Shown: piece by piece, positions 23,101 through 35,234 of the stretch | Position numbering within the stretch: position 1 is the stretch's first letter | Layout: every line of letters begins with the position of its first letter | Source of the DNA: Amoebophrya sp. A120 | Taxonomy: Eukaryota > Protista > Dinoflagellata | Reading direction: 5' to 3' | NCBI GenBank assembly: GCA_905178155.1 | Contig: CAJINV010000013.1 | Coordinates: forward strand, 176,344-240,343 | DNA length: 64,000 bases | Notes under the pieces: generated by a model | What the model saw: only the letters and a program-made list of their open reading frames with translations | Told to the model about the DNA's origin: nothing | Database searches by the model: none | Position numbers and translations under genes: made by a program

Positions 23101-26100
23101 GTACTTACATCAAACTGCAGGGCGAAACACACATAGCCGCAGAGCCTCCGGGGCTCGGACAGCGCACTCTGCTGACCGAGCGATCCGATGCGCTCGTCCG
23201 ACTGCTTCAGAAAGATATAGCACATACTTAACCGTGACGCATGCAGTTTTATCCTGATCCATGAAAGCGAGGTCCGAAGTCGAGGAAGGAAACGCTAACA
23301 AGTTTCGTGATCATACACAAGATACCACATCCACCACGTGCGCGTCGGGCCACAGTGTGCTTGCTGACCTTCAATTTCTTCGCGCCGCTCGGCCTCCGGC
23401 AGCAGAACTGCAGAGTGGTGCACCACTTTTTCCGCACCGACTGGCAGCTCGCGCAACAGGTAGACCTGGAAAGGTTTCTTGTCCTGGGAAACGGGTACCG
23501 AAGGGGAATGCTTCGCCTCGGCGACGCGCCACTTCCTCGGCACCTGGTCACCATCCGCCTCCCACACAACAAATTGGATCCCGGGCATGTCCTCTGCCAG
23601 TGCCTGCAAACTTTGTGCATCCAATGCACCGCTGGAATCCATATCGTTCAGCGTCTCTATGTTGGCGTGATGCCGGACCCGCAGACCCTGCACCGCTTGG
23701 GCCCGAAGCGTGCGTGCCGCGTGCTCGAGCTCCTCCGGGAACTGCAGTGAGGCCAACACCTCTTCTTCCCAAGTTGTCAGGTTCTCCTTTTCGTCTAGAA
23801 GTACTCGCAGACGCAAAAGCTGGTCGGCAATCGCGCGGAAACTGGCCTGGGGATCTCCTGGTGTAGCAGAATCAGCAAGACGAATTACCAGGAAGTCGCT
23901 GGCAAGACGTTGCGCACCGACATGAACGCCGTCTGTGCCAGCACTTTGGGCACTTTGCTGGGGGGGCTGATTGCAGGCCGGCGCTGCAGCTGAGCCTTTC
24001 GCTAGCAATTCCCACACAGAAGACCAGTGCGTCTTCAGAAAGTCCGTGTTTTCTTCTTCGTCCGCCGCCGGAAATTTCGTGCTGGAACCTTTCTCGGAGT
24101 TTTGCGCATCCGCTTCCTTTTTCACCCTCGCTTCCTGCTCCCGCAGAATGCTTACGTGTAACTTTCGGAGCTTGGTTTCGGCAACGAGGTCGCCGACGGC
24201 TTCGTGCTCAAAAACGGCAAACGCGTGCAGGCGTGCGTGCGGCTCAAAACGTGCTTCCGTTTCGCACACAAACTTCAAGGCAGCAAAAACGGGTCCTGTG
24301 CGAAACTCCGCGTAAACTGAGGGAGCCCCGCTATTGGCGGACTGCAGCATATGAAGTGCAAAGCTCGGCCAGTGCTAATCTCTGTTATGCATCGGTCCGG
24401 TGTGGTGCATGTGCTCACTACTGATCGTACTACATTATCCTGTATTAGAAGCGTTGCGAGTCTGTTTTTTTTTTCTACAATTAAGCCAGAACCACATCAC
24501 AAAGATTGGCTACAAGGTCCGACCTGTATTCATTTGGATAGCGTGCAAGAACGACCAGCAAACCCACGAGGCCGGAAATAAGGGTAGGGAAAAGACCAAC
24601 GAGTCCCTCCACCTCCGTCGTCTTTGTCCGTGCAACTGAATTATCTGGCGGCGCGCCCCCCCCGTTGGGCTGCGCACCCGGTTCTTGTTCGGACTCTTCC
24701 ATGAGGGCGCTAAGCTTTGTGAAAGCGATTTGCAGACGGCTTCTGTGTCGCAGCCGGGATAGTTTGAGCTGGAAGCGCTTGAATAAAGAAGATCCGTTCT
24801 CAGAAGCCGCTGCTTCCTCAAGAAGGCGCTTTTCATGTGCGCCGTCCAGGGATCCCGCGGAGGAGAGTAGTTGTCCAATCGCGGTGGCAGATGACTTTTC
24901 AAGCTGCAGCTTGCCTTCGCACGAGAAGCAGAGGTGCATCAGGCTCGCTGCGAAGCCGGGTAGAAACAGCATGAATGACAGAAATGGGGTCATTGCATCT
25001 ATCGAACCTCGCCACAAGGGGTAGTCAGCAAAGACAGTGTCGAAGAGTCGCCACAAAAGCGCCCACACTCTGTGGATACCGCGTTCGCGGTCCACCAACG
25101 AAGGAAGAATCGCAGAGGAGATCCGTGCGCGTGTCAGTTGGAAGAAAACTGCCCCGCTGCTTGCAGTGCATTGCTCCTCTCCCTTTTCGATCTTCTCGAC
25201 CTCTTGCTCCAATTCGGTGACAGCCAGGGCACTGGCCTTCCGCAGTGCTTCAGCCCGAATACGCACACTGATGTCGTATCACGATGGAAAAGGCCTCCAC
25301 ACCTAGTGCAGTTCCCCGCGAAGCGGATTCAATGGCATCCTCAATTCAGGCCCGGCGCCGCCGCAAATCCGACAAACACAAATGGTGAAAGACAGAGCAA
25401 TACATTAAATGCAAAATAAATTGTAGTTGGTTCTTCTCGTTTATCAAGTACTTTTGTTTGCCAGAAACAGTGTCATAGGCATCGCCTTCTCTCTATTTGT
25501 GTAAATATACTAATGTTGGGTTTGTGTTTGTGATTTTGTAGTGCCGTCCTCTACTTTCTGAGCCCTGAAGTAATCCGCCTCCGAAGCGAACGCACTGGGT
25601 GGTTGCAGTATTTTGATTCATTGCGATACAGTATCACCCGCGAAGATTTCTACGTTCTCCCCCATCCGTATGTGAGTTTCTGTCGCCGCTTGTTGCGGAG
25701 TTGCAGACGCCGAGCTCGGAATCGTCTGCCGATGCAGCAGGATTTCGCAGATGGGGTTTTCCGTTCTGACAGAGCACTTCTTTACCGTCTGCACCAAAAG
25801 CGCACGGTGGTCCAAGGAAGGCCTTGAAGCAGGAGAGTCACCACTAGGGCTGACGGTGCCTTCACCACCGTCATCCTCTGGCGCGCATTCCTCTTTTTGC
25901 TTCCGCTTCCGTGTTTCCGACAGGAAGTTAGCTTCCGTCACCGCGTGCAGTGCGACGAACGAGTCAAGCGTCTGCTGTTGCGCTTCTGATGAAGCAGCTG
26001 CGCGTAACACTTCATCCGCAAGAGCGGTCAGCCAAACGTCGTCCACAGCTTGTGACAGAGTTCTTGCTGGATTGCTTACAGTTACTGGTGTTCCGGCCGC

Positions 26101-29100
26101 AAGCGGCGCCTCTAGCTGTTTAACAGGAACGGGAAACGACGCCAACTCGTTCCACGTGCTTGCAGTGGCGGAGGGGCCGACTGCGGTCTGCGCTGTTGTG
26201 GCTGCGTCCTCCATTCCTTCCACTGCCAGGGCGAACGACATGAAAAAAGGTTTCTTCGCGTCGTCCGCACGGGGCGGCAACGTGACAGACACTTCCTCGC
26301 CATCCGCGAACAGCCACGGCAGGCTCGTCTCCGTTAGCTCCACAAGTTGCGCCTCACCCTGGTGCTGCTGTGTTTGCCAAATTTCAATGTCGTCCGCGAG
26401 CCGGCGGATCTCAGCGTCGGAAGTGACTACTTGGCTGGGTCCCGAACACCGGTCCTCTGGCACTCCATGGCCAGCACCGACAAAGTCAGACAGGCGCGCG
26501 CACGCCTGCCGGACGAGGCTCTGCTTGCTTTCAGCGAGGTGACGCCATGTGACGCGAGTTCGAATCTGTACAGTTTGGAACGTCGCCAGCACTGAGTCGG
26601 AAACCCCTGGCGGGCGTCTTGTTGGCCCGTGCGCCGTCGCCATCGAGAATGTCGTGGGACGATAAAACTGCAGGCGCACCGCCGAAGTCCCACTGCTGGC
26701 GTTGTCGTCGTGCGACGACGAGAGGTTCAGCATGATTGGTGCCGTGAGTGGCGGTTCCCAGAGTGCAAAATCGACTGCGTTTACCCGCGGCTCGGACGCG
26801 CTCCACAAGCCATTCATGCGGCTTTCCTTGAAGTTCAGCATAGGAAGCAGTTGTGGATGTTCCTGAATGTCCGTGCTTGCACCAGCGAGCGCCGATCGAA
26901 AATCTTCGAGCGCGGGCGGCGGCTCTGACCCTAGACGAGCCGGCCTGAATGGGCTCTCCAGAGGGAACGGAACGTAGGTTACATTCGGTGTCGCTTCACC
27001 TGTAGAGTTTATTCCGCCGTAGTTTAGGACTATGGGCACCTGCACGTGGACGCCAGGGCCTGCCCACTGAAACACCAGCTCGTCTCCCGGCCGCAAGGCG
27101 TTCCAGCACGTACTCAATGCGGATGGAGAACAGGCTTGTAGCGGCGATTTCATTTCTTTAGGCTCGTTGTCATCCACTTGTCTTCTATTTCCGAACACTG
27201 ACGCACCACGGACCAGGACTCGGTAGCCATGTTCGTCGATTGTTTCCACCGAAACCCGAAGCAGCGACGCAAGAGCGTTCTCCACTTGAACTTGAAGCAA
27301 GGGGTGGTCTTGCACGGTCCAACCCATCCCCGCGGCCCAGGTCGCCTGCACGGCGAGGTCGAAGGGTTCACCATTGCCCAGCTCCAAGCTCTCGGCTGTC
27401 CATGCGTTTTGCGGAGAAACGGGAACGCGAAAATCCGTCTGAGTTGCGCCTCCTCCAGATGGAGCGTATAGGAGGAAAACGCCGTCCGCTGTTGGAAATT
27501 GGCATCCCGTCGGACATTCGACGGAAAGTAGGTTGCGGCCGTCACGCACACGCTCAGCATCATCATCATCGAGCGAGTACGTAGGGTCACACGTTGGATC
27601 ACAACAGCCCCAGTTGTTGCATTTTTCAGGGAAACTGGGCTCGGAAGCTACGAGGCGAACACTATCAAGACGAAGCCGCGGCTTTACTTATTACTTGCAT
27701 CTTTGCGCTGGTGTCTCTGTATCCGTATGTGCTAGTCGCGAAATCGATCATACCTCTCTGATGCACTGTACACAACAGGGCAGCACTCCCACGCGCTATG
27801 CATAACAGTCTCGGGCAGCACTGAGCCAAGCAATACCTGTAGCTCAAATTGTAATTGGGTTCTACAGGTAGTAGTAAGTTGTACTGCAGCTTTCGAGGAA
27901 CAAGCCGACGCAAATGACTGAAGGGATCCTCAGAGGCGCAAAAATGCAAGCGGATCATGCAAGCAGCATGCTTCATCCAGATAAAGCTCGTTGTTTGATT
28001 CGTCCCCCAACACCGCCCGAACAGGATCGCCGGAATGGTGGAGCTTGTTCTCCATGACAAGCCTGATGCAAAGCTCAACCTGTTGAGGAGAGCTTAGCTC
28101 TCTGCATATGCGCTGCCGCTGTTCCGGAGTAGGATACTGCTTGCTTCTTGCGTCATCAATAGGGAGATGATAATCTTCATAATCCATCAAAGTGTAATCA
28201 TCTTGAAAGTCGCTCACCAAAGAAAACCAAGGAATTGTCAGGATGAAAAGTCGCGACACCCTGAGCCGTGAATTTGCGTGTCCTGTAAATGTAAGTAAAC
28301 TTTTACTTCCTTTCTCATCAAAATAAAGAACAAGGTAGAAGCTGCCAGCAAAGTATCTGTATAACCTCGTTAGAGAAAAGCGACTTTGCTGCGCCAGGAT
28401 GTCTGCAGTTTTCATTCTGTTACTGTTCGTTGTCTCTGAACGGTCACTGGTTTGCACGGCGCAACGGTAACTGAAGGCGTGGAGGTCGCTTACACGCTGC
28501 GTGTGCGTACAGCCGTTGCCCACTTTCCAATTTGGATGAAAACGCATAGCTATCACTAGGAAGAAGTCTACCTGCTGTACCTGTCCACTTCCGCGAGATG
28601 CAATAAAAATTTGTTGTGCGACGTACTATCTTTCCTGTGCATGCTGGGCCTGTTGTACCGTCATCATGCACAAAAAGTTCACATAGGAGGTTTCGACTTT
28701 GTAATCGAGCCGCTTTCAGGAAGAGAGGAACAAGTTGTTCAGTTGTAGACTCTTTTTTGCAGTTTCATAACATCATAATTTGCAGCGAGTATGCGCGCCC
28801 TGGCCGCAAAGTCCGGCATCAAAGATGAGTTCTTTTGTTCGGATGAAAGTTTCGTGGCGAAATGTTCGTATGCGCCGGAAGTGACGGTAGGCCAAAGAGA
28901 TTCGCTCATCAGTTCATCGTACGAAAGTATGCCGCGAGTCACTAGGCGCTTGTAGGGAACGTGCACACCAGGTGTGCGCGCTTCCGGTAGGCCGCGCAGC
29001 GGGTGCTCGGCCTGGTAGCCTGGCTGCACCCAACCAGCTTCTGAGCATGCACCTCCTGAATTTCCGGAAATATCCCAGATGGAAATAAGCACCTGCCCGG

Positions 29101-32100
29101 CCCGCTCGGCGACATCTGCCAGGGCGTGTAGTAGGTCCCGCAGATTGGTGAAGCCACGCCGTCCTACTTGCCGAGGGAAATAGTCACGCCGAAACAAGTC
29201 CTGATCTCGGTCATCTTGATGTGAGGAGCCTAAACCTGCCCTGACGTCGTTCATTTTGTGAAGCATGGACGCAACATTGGCAGCCGCGTGGCGTCGCAAC
29301 TGCTGGAGTTTGGACAAACCCAGATCCTCCTCGTCGCGTGGTCGGATGCTTGCAAAATAATTTTCGACTAGTTTCGGAGATTTTGGAGCGACTCCACCTG
29401 GCGCTCTGGCTCTCACCTCCTCATGAGCTGGCACCTCGTCCGGTTTCGCAATGGTGTGCACAAAATTCAGAATGACCTTTGCAGCGCTGCCGCTGCCGCT
29501 TTGATCCGAAGCGGAATACTGCGGCAATTCGCGTTCCAATCCGACCTGACTCAAGTACGCGATTTCCGGTAGTAGCGTTGCATCAGGAAGGTCTGTCCGC
29601 TCCTGTGCAGTATCGCGGTCATTGTCTGCACGAAAATGGTGCCTCGGTCGACCACCATCGCGGGTGCTCTGTTGTGTGTGCGGTCGAAAGGGTACCACGG
29701 CGGCGAGGTCCCGCAGGGTCCGTGCCAGGCACACGTACGGACGTTTGTCAAAAGCCGCGACGCAGGCAGGAAGAACCGGCGGAGAAGCCAGCACTGCCAA
29801 CAGTTCGCTGTAAGTCAACTCTATTCTCTCCACGTCTCTTCCTGCGATGTACTGATGTGTGAGGGTCTGGCGGGCAGATACTTCGATGATTTCGTGTGCT
29901 CCGTACAGGGTGTAGTGATTCTGAGACACAAGTTCCACTGGGCGCTTTTCGCTATGCTCATCGGCCAAGGGGGCAAGTTCCGTGATTGCTTTTTGGAGGG
30001 CATGTCTGACAAGGCCATGCAAGTGAAACTTGGAAAATAACGCGGCTTCGAAATAGATTTTCTGAATCACAGTGTCTAAGCGGCATCGAAAATCCCGCGC
30101 ACCATGTATAATAGCAGATCCGCCCTTCATCGTTTCTTCATCTTGGTAAAGCAGCTGGATTCGGCATGTATTTTCCTTCCGCTTCCAATTCCACTGCGGT
30201 CCTACGCGTTCTGCGAATGCATCACGATGTGGCCGATCTGGCTCCAGGTATACGCTCCGGAAGGACTATGGAAGTGCAGAAGCACGTAGGTAAGTTATTC
30301 TAGATTTGTTCGCGCCATAGGCAAGTCCTGCCTTGCAGTTGCGTAAAGTGGTGCTTTTTCGACACTGCAAATTAGCAGAGAAAACAGACGCAGTACTTCT
30401 TTCATTCGCGAAACACAAAAATAGAGACCAAAATGGCGTCTGCATCTCACTCCGGAGCGACACGTTATACATAACACTGACTCTGGCGTGCGAGTATTCC
30501 TTTCACGACGCCGAGAAAAAGATGGCGAGTGACTCCGATGATATAGGCCGCGGCAAATTGCCTCGGATGCCGCTTTGGTTTTTAGCTTTGCACGCGTCAA
30601 CCACAACGTTGACCTACCGCTTCTGTTGCCATAAGTGGTCTACTTCGTCCCCGTGCATGGATTGCAAGATGGGCGAATCCATCAGGATATCGTGGGAGCC
30701 TTCGTAGGAGCCTTTCACGAACATGCGCGGGTGCAGGCCGTACACCACGTCGAGAAAAACCTGACTCTCATACGCGCTTATGTTCAAGCCTCCATGTATT
30801 CGATGCAGCTGCTCCTTCCGGATTTGGGCAAGGAACTCATCCGTGGTCAATGCACTGAGCGGTCGATCATCATTCCTGGCGGACGACTTCAACACGGCTC
30901 GCTCTACCTTGCTAGGAAGGGTCAAATATTGCTTGCTGTGATATAGCCATAGTGCAGGAAACTGCCACTCTTCCCACGACGTTTTCTCCCTGCCGAATCT
31001 GGTCCGGAGCCGGACCTCTTCTTGCGGTTGGAGTCGAAGTTCCTTCTCGACGAGACGAGTTAGATTTTGCATTTCTGTCTCGGACTCGGACCGCATGTCA
31101 ATTCCATACAGAGACTGTTTTTCTTTCGTTTGTGCGCTTTCGAAATGGATTCCGTACTTCGACAATTGGAAGAGACGCCAGTTAGGAAGGGACCAGTGGT
31201 CTGCGGCTCCCTGTGCCGAAGAAAAAGAAACCAGAGGCACTGCACCTGAACAACTTCAATCAAAGCCAGACAGTCGCAAATGTACGTCTGCCGAGATGGT
31301 GATCTCGGCATAGAGACAACAAGGAATATAATATTGCGAACTAGGCATTCTGAATGCGAAGCATTCAGGAAAATGCCCAAGAATCCCGCCCGCCGGAGGC
31401 CGGGAAGACAGACAAATCCATGCATCTTTGCCAAAAGCTTTTGGTGAGTGCTGTTCCGGAGGTGCAGATGGCCAGGTTTTTTTTGCGTAAGTCATAATCA
31501 TTTTCCGTGCTGTGGTCCGTAAAGAGAACGCACTGGTCGTCCTCGCGAGCCCCAGAAATATTGCTGTCTTGCCTCCAAATAGTGGGCTCCTTGTTAACAG
31601 CAATATCGACGCTTTTTTTCAGCTCCTCCAGAACCAGCCGGGTGTAGGCTACGGACTGCATTGTATACACGCCGGCACAAGTGGACACAGCTGCCCTGGC
31701 CTCGCTTGCTTGCGACTGGGCTACAACAACTTTCCTTTTCTCCTCTGCACTGCTTTCGTGGGGGAGGAGCACCCGGTCAAACTCGTGCGGTTGTGCATCG
31801 AATAAGTGCTCTCCCATCCGCCCCTCTCTGTCATCACTGAAAGGTGGGAAAGGCGTAAATTCTTGCGACAACTGCCTGGAGACACCCATCAAGCCGTGTT
31901 TGCCCAGGACAAATGATTGCGCCCAGGACAAATAATCGCGCCGATGCTGCTTAGAAATAATGTTCACTTCGCGGTCCTCCTCGAGAGAGGATCGCTTTTC
32001 CGGACGTTTTGCCCTCTGGTGCAGGAGTGATTGGTGGGCGCGGCCCGTCTCGATGATTTCTTTTTGGAGTGCTTCGGAGCTTTTCCCCCACACTGGGTGA

Positions 32101-35045
32101 AATTTGCCAGTGGGGCGTCCAATCCGAAGCTGTAGCGCAGCCGGCTGTGTCCATTCGGGGTTGGAACGATAAACCAGGTGGCCGAAAATCGAAGCGACGG
32201 CGCGCGGACAGTGCCCAGCCTCCAGGCGGTCTCCATCCTGCGGAGACGATGCTTGGTTTTGTCTGTCCTGCACAGGCTCTGCGTGGTAGCCCACACATTC
32301 CCACGAAATCACGTCGGCAGGCGTCGGAACCCAACCACTCGAGAGATGATCACCCTTGGCAACTTCGATTTCGCGGTCGGAAATGAAAAAGGACTTGCTA
32401 TCCGTGTCGAAACGAAGAGGGCGGCTCAGCAGCGTCCACTCTCCTTTTCGTTTGCCTGAGTTGTGGTCTCTATGACGTATGCCTTCGGGGGCAGAAAAGT
32501 GCGTTCGTCTGCTCGAAATTTTACCGACGGCGAGGAGCTTGCAGGAGGGGTCGTCGCGCTCGCGAAGAGGCCTCCCATTCGCCATCGCGTCACCGGCGGC
32601 CTCCCGACCGCCTACAAAAGCCCGTTCGCCCTCCCTCGTATACTCCTCTATGATTGTTTCTTGTACTTCAACAGCAGATGCAATGTTGGACTCGAGCAGC
32701 TCCCAGCCATCAGGCGTAAGCGCGAGACGAAGACCGTCTATGCCGAACCTGGTGCTGTACGTGTCCACGGATGCGTAGGAGCGCACGGCCGTTGGTACGA
32801 AGAGCCCGTTGAGATGCACGGACGGAAAATTGTGCAGGCGAACCCCCTTCGAAGTGTCAACTTTTCGCAGGGGTACCTGAGACGCCAGTCTGACCCACAA
32901 TTTCCACGGGCCTTCTTCGGTCTTGTACGTGGTTGGCGCCTGTGGTGGGAAAATCAGATGTTCGGTATCGAAGCCGACAAACTGCACGCGTACCTGTGCC
33001 GCGGAGACTTCCAGAACTCGGCCGAGCCGTCCGTCGTTGATCGTCTCCCATTCGCCTTTTTGGATGCTGAGGGCCCGAAGTGCCGCTCCCTCGAGGTGCT
33101 TCAGCGCGGCAGGGTGCTTCATAATCACAAGGTCTCCAGTCTGCAACGCGACTACGGTCCTGGCTGTGCACGTGTCACATGACCGCTGCTGCCACGTAGT
33201 GCATTTTGAGGACGGTCGACTCACGAGACATTGGCACCTGGGTGCTCGCTCACCATCACGTGTATCACTATTAGGGGAATCACGTTTCTCGTTGACAATA
33301 AACCGGAAATTAGAGGAGCTCGTTTTCAGGAGTGCTCTCTCTTTTGAGGAGGAACTGAAATGATGGAGACAGTTTCGCTCGCAAACGTCCAGGGACATGC
33401 GACCGTAGAAGGAATAGGTGATCGATTGACCCCCTTCCTTAGAAGATTCCTCCAAGCACGCAAGACTGTGGGAATACGACACGCCGAACTCGTCTTGGGT
33501 CGTTAGAATGCCCGGCGCGTCCACATTGAATGACGATGCGAATCCACCCTTGGGTTGACCGCCCGTGCTTGTCCTGCTAACGAATTTATTAAACCGCGGT
33601 ACAAACGTTCCGGTATAAATGTTCCTTGCATCCAACGCAGCTGAAACGTTCCTTGTAGGGAAGAGCGCTGGGGACAGCGAGAGAAACCACTGGTACACAA
33701 CGAAACTCTGGTTGGGGCGGCTCCAGTACGGCAGACTCAGATGCCCACCCAGACCCACACCATACCGATCCAGGTCGGCACAGTCACCACCAGCGATACC
33801 GTTCAGCTGGGACACACCGTCCGCAGTATGACAGAAGCTTGCTGTGTAGATCTCCAGTTTGCCAACACCCGACAGGTCTACAGGAACTTGGTTTCGTTTT
33901 TTTCGGAAGCAGAAGGGCGCACAGCTGCGCTTCTTGCTGTCGGTCGGCGATGGGCCAGTTGCCGCCGTCCAGGCAACGACGAAAAATTCCCGGCGCTCAA
34001 TTTCTTGCAGGGCGTCCTCGAACGGTTGTTTGAGTTCTGCACCTTGCGGAAACCGGCGTTTGCTGGGGTCGAAGCTACGTAAGTGGGCGTGATGCGGCCG
34101 CAGTGGAATCCCCAGCACGTAGCTGCGAAGGACTTCCAAAAATGTCGTCTGACTCGTGTACCATTCACGCGCAAAAAATAAGGAGTCCTCTTCCACAAAG
34201 ACGTCTCTCGGAAGTTGCAGTCGGTTGACCTCGACCTCGATCGGAACGATTCGTGGTGTGCTCACTTCAAGCTGATCGTCTACCAGAACGTAGCGCGGAT
34301 GCCAAACTCCGGTCTCGTCCTGGCCAGCTGCGGCCTGCTGCGAGAAGAACGGCACAAAAAATCGGCGCCTCTCAAGCACGGCTCCTGTCCCGTCTTTCCA
34401 TGTCCATGTCAGCTCATTTGCCCGCCAGAATTCACCCAGAAGAGAGGTCTTCGACGGGCCCTTTCCGCGCATTGGTAACCTCCAAAAGGTTGGCGCCAAG
34501 CTAACAGCATCGCTGCCGGGGAAGAGATCCCCGCGGTCCCGCTGGGCTGACCGCATGGCCATCTCTCGCAGTTGCCTCCCGAACTCGGCTTCCGTTGCTT
34601 CCGTGCGTTCCGGGATTATACGCTCCAGTACGGAATGCAAGCGATGCCTTTCTTCGGAAGACAAGCGATGCTTTTCTTCGGAAAAGGTCTTGTCGACTCT
34701 CAGGCGATTTGCTGCCATCCTCCCCATATTCAGCTCTTTACGGCGGATTCCGAAGCCGAGGTGAAGAAACCGAGATCGCATTAATTCTCGAAGTTCTGAA
34801 GCAGCGACGGAATCATATAAGGTCGTTTCTGGCTTCCGATACCGATCCATGATGAACGCCATAACGGATTGCGATGGTAAGACGCCTATTCCGATGAAAG
34901 TTGTCCCACAATATCCTCGAGCCTGCTCCACGGAAAAAAGGAAACTCGATCGATTCTCGACGAGAGCTTCTTCCATATTTTCTACGAAATGCAAATAAAC
35001 TCCAGCGATAATCTGCTGTTCATAGATGTTTCTGGTCTTCACGCG
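11174..35045 (-). CDS. Giant multi-exon SecA-like ATPase / OTU-like protein, ~5,900 aa over this span; may extend to a signal-peptide exon at ~38.9 kb
   Basis: Frame-consistent introns placed by hand: 13038-13214, 13378-13661, 14005-14294, 14765-15526, 16053-16491, 17011-17390, 18495-18894, 19366-19674, 20181-20268, 21440-21691 (GC-AG), 22558-23368, 24342-24612, 25276-25629, 27682-27953, 28213-28841, 30266-30634, 31241-31466. Some junctions have alternatives. Confidence 0.65.
11954..12345 (-). CDS. Circularly permuted OTU-like peptidase module ending in Gly-Gly (last exon of giant gene)
   Basis: Order is HIGALTETLQQPVVL, then GHYV, then GKNACLFNAVAAQV, then LRAKTAAHIRNNP, then FYKGG. Confidence 0.6.
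14005..14294 (-). mobile_element. Introner-like non-canonical intron (TG...CA) with terminal inverted repeats
   Basis: 24-nt IR with 1 mismatch at 14000-14023 and 14276-14299. Exact removal gives in-frame ILS|GYVQ. Confidence 0.8.
17391..20180 (-). CDS. SecA-like SF2 ATPase core, split over three exons of the giant gene
   Basis: Motifs GQVPTGEGKT (Walker A), VDIIT.SEELA, IIDESDSLMVD, GLAQFLQLKHGL, GLTGTLG, GRAVLVIC, VATNIAGRGTDI, GGLHVI and QQNVGRTSRTGNRG occur in SecA order. Confidence 0.9.
23370..23900 (-). CDS. Inactive OTU-like domain within the giant gene
   Basis: GDPQASFRAIADQL (compare DGNCLFRAVADQL; Cys replaced by Ala), LRAQAV, LQALAEDMPGIQFVVW and VHHSAV in normal OTU order. Confidence 0.55.
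25276..25629 (-). mobile_element. Introner-like non-canonical intron (GT...AC) with ~55-nt degenerate TIRs
   Basis: Arms GTATCGCAATGA...AGTGCGTTC...GCGGATT and GTATCACGATGG...AGTGCAGTTC...GCGGATT. Removing 354 nt gives in-frame GDT|DISVR. Confidence 0.7.
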
Positions 35046-35234
35046 AAAACGCGCCAGGCAGTTGAAATATACTGGAGCGCTACAAACGGACGACCTGTAC
35101 GAACGGACAGTCGACATTTCTAATAAATTTCTTAACTTTCCTCTTCCTGCATGTCTTAACTTTCCTGCATGGGAAGGAGATAGTGAAAGGGACAAGTTTC
35201 CGCACCATAACGACATCGACCGCTAGGCGCCTGC

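Noticed and set aside
14002-25305. Stop-codon reassignment (UGA as Trp), suggested by in-frame TGAs if canonical splice sites are forced at two introns
   Set aside because: Long exons have no in-frame stops and use TGG, and the IR-defined junctions restore the frame without recoding.
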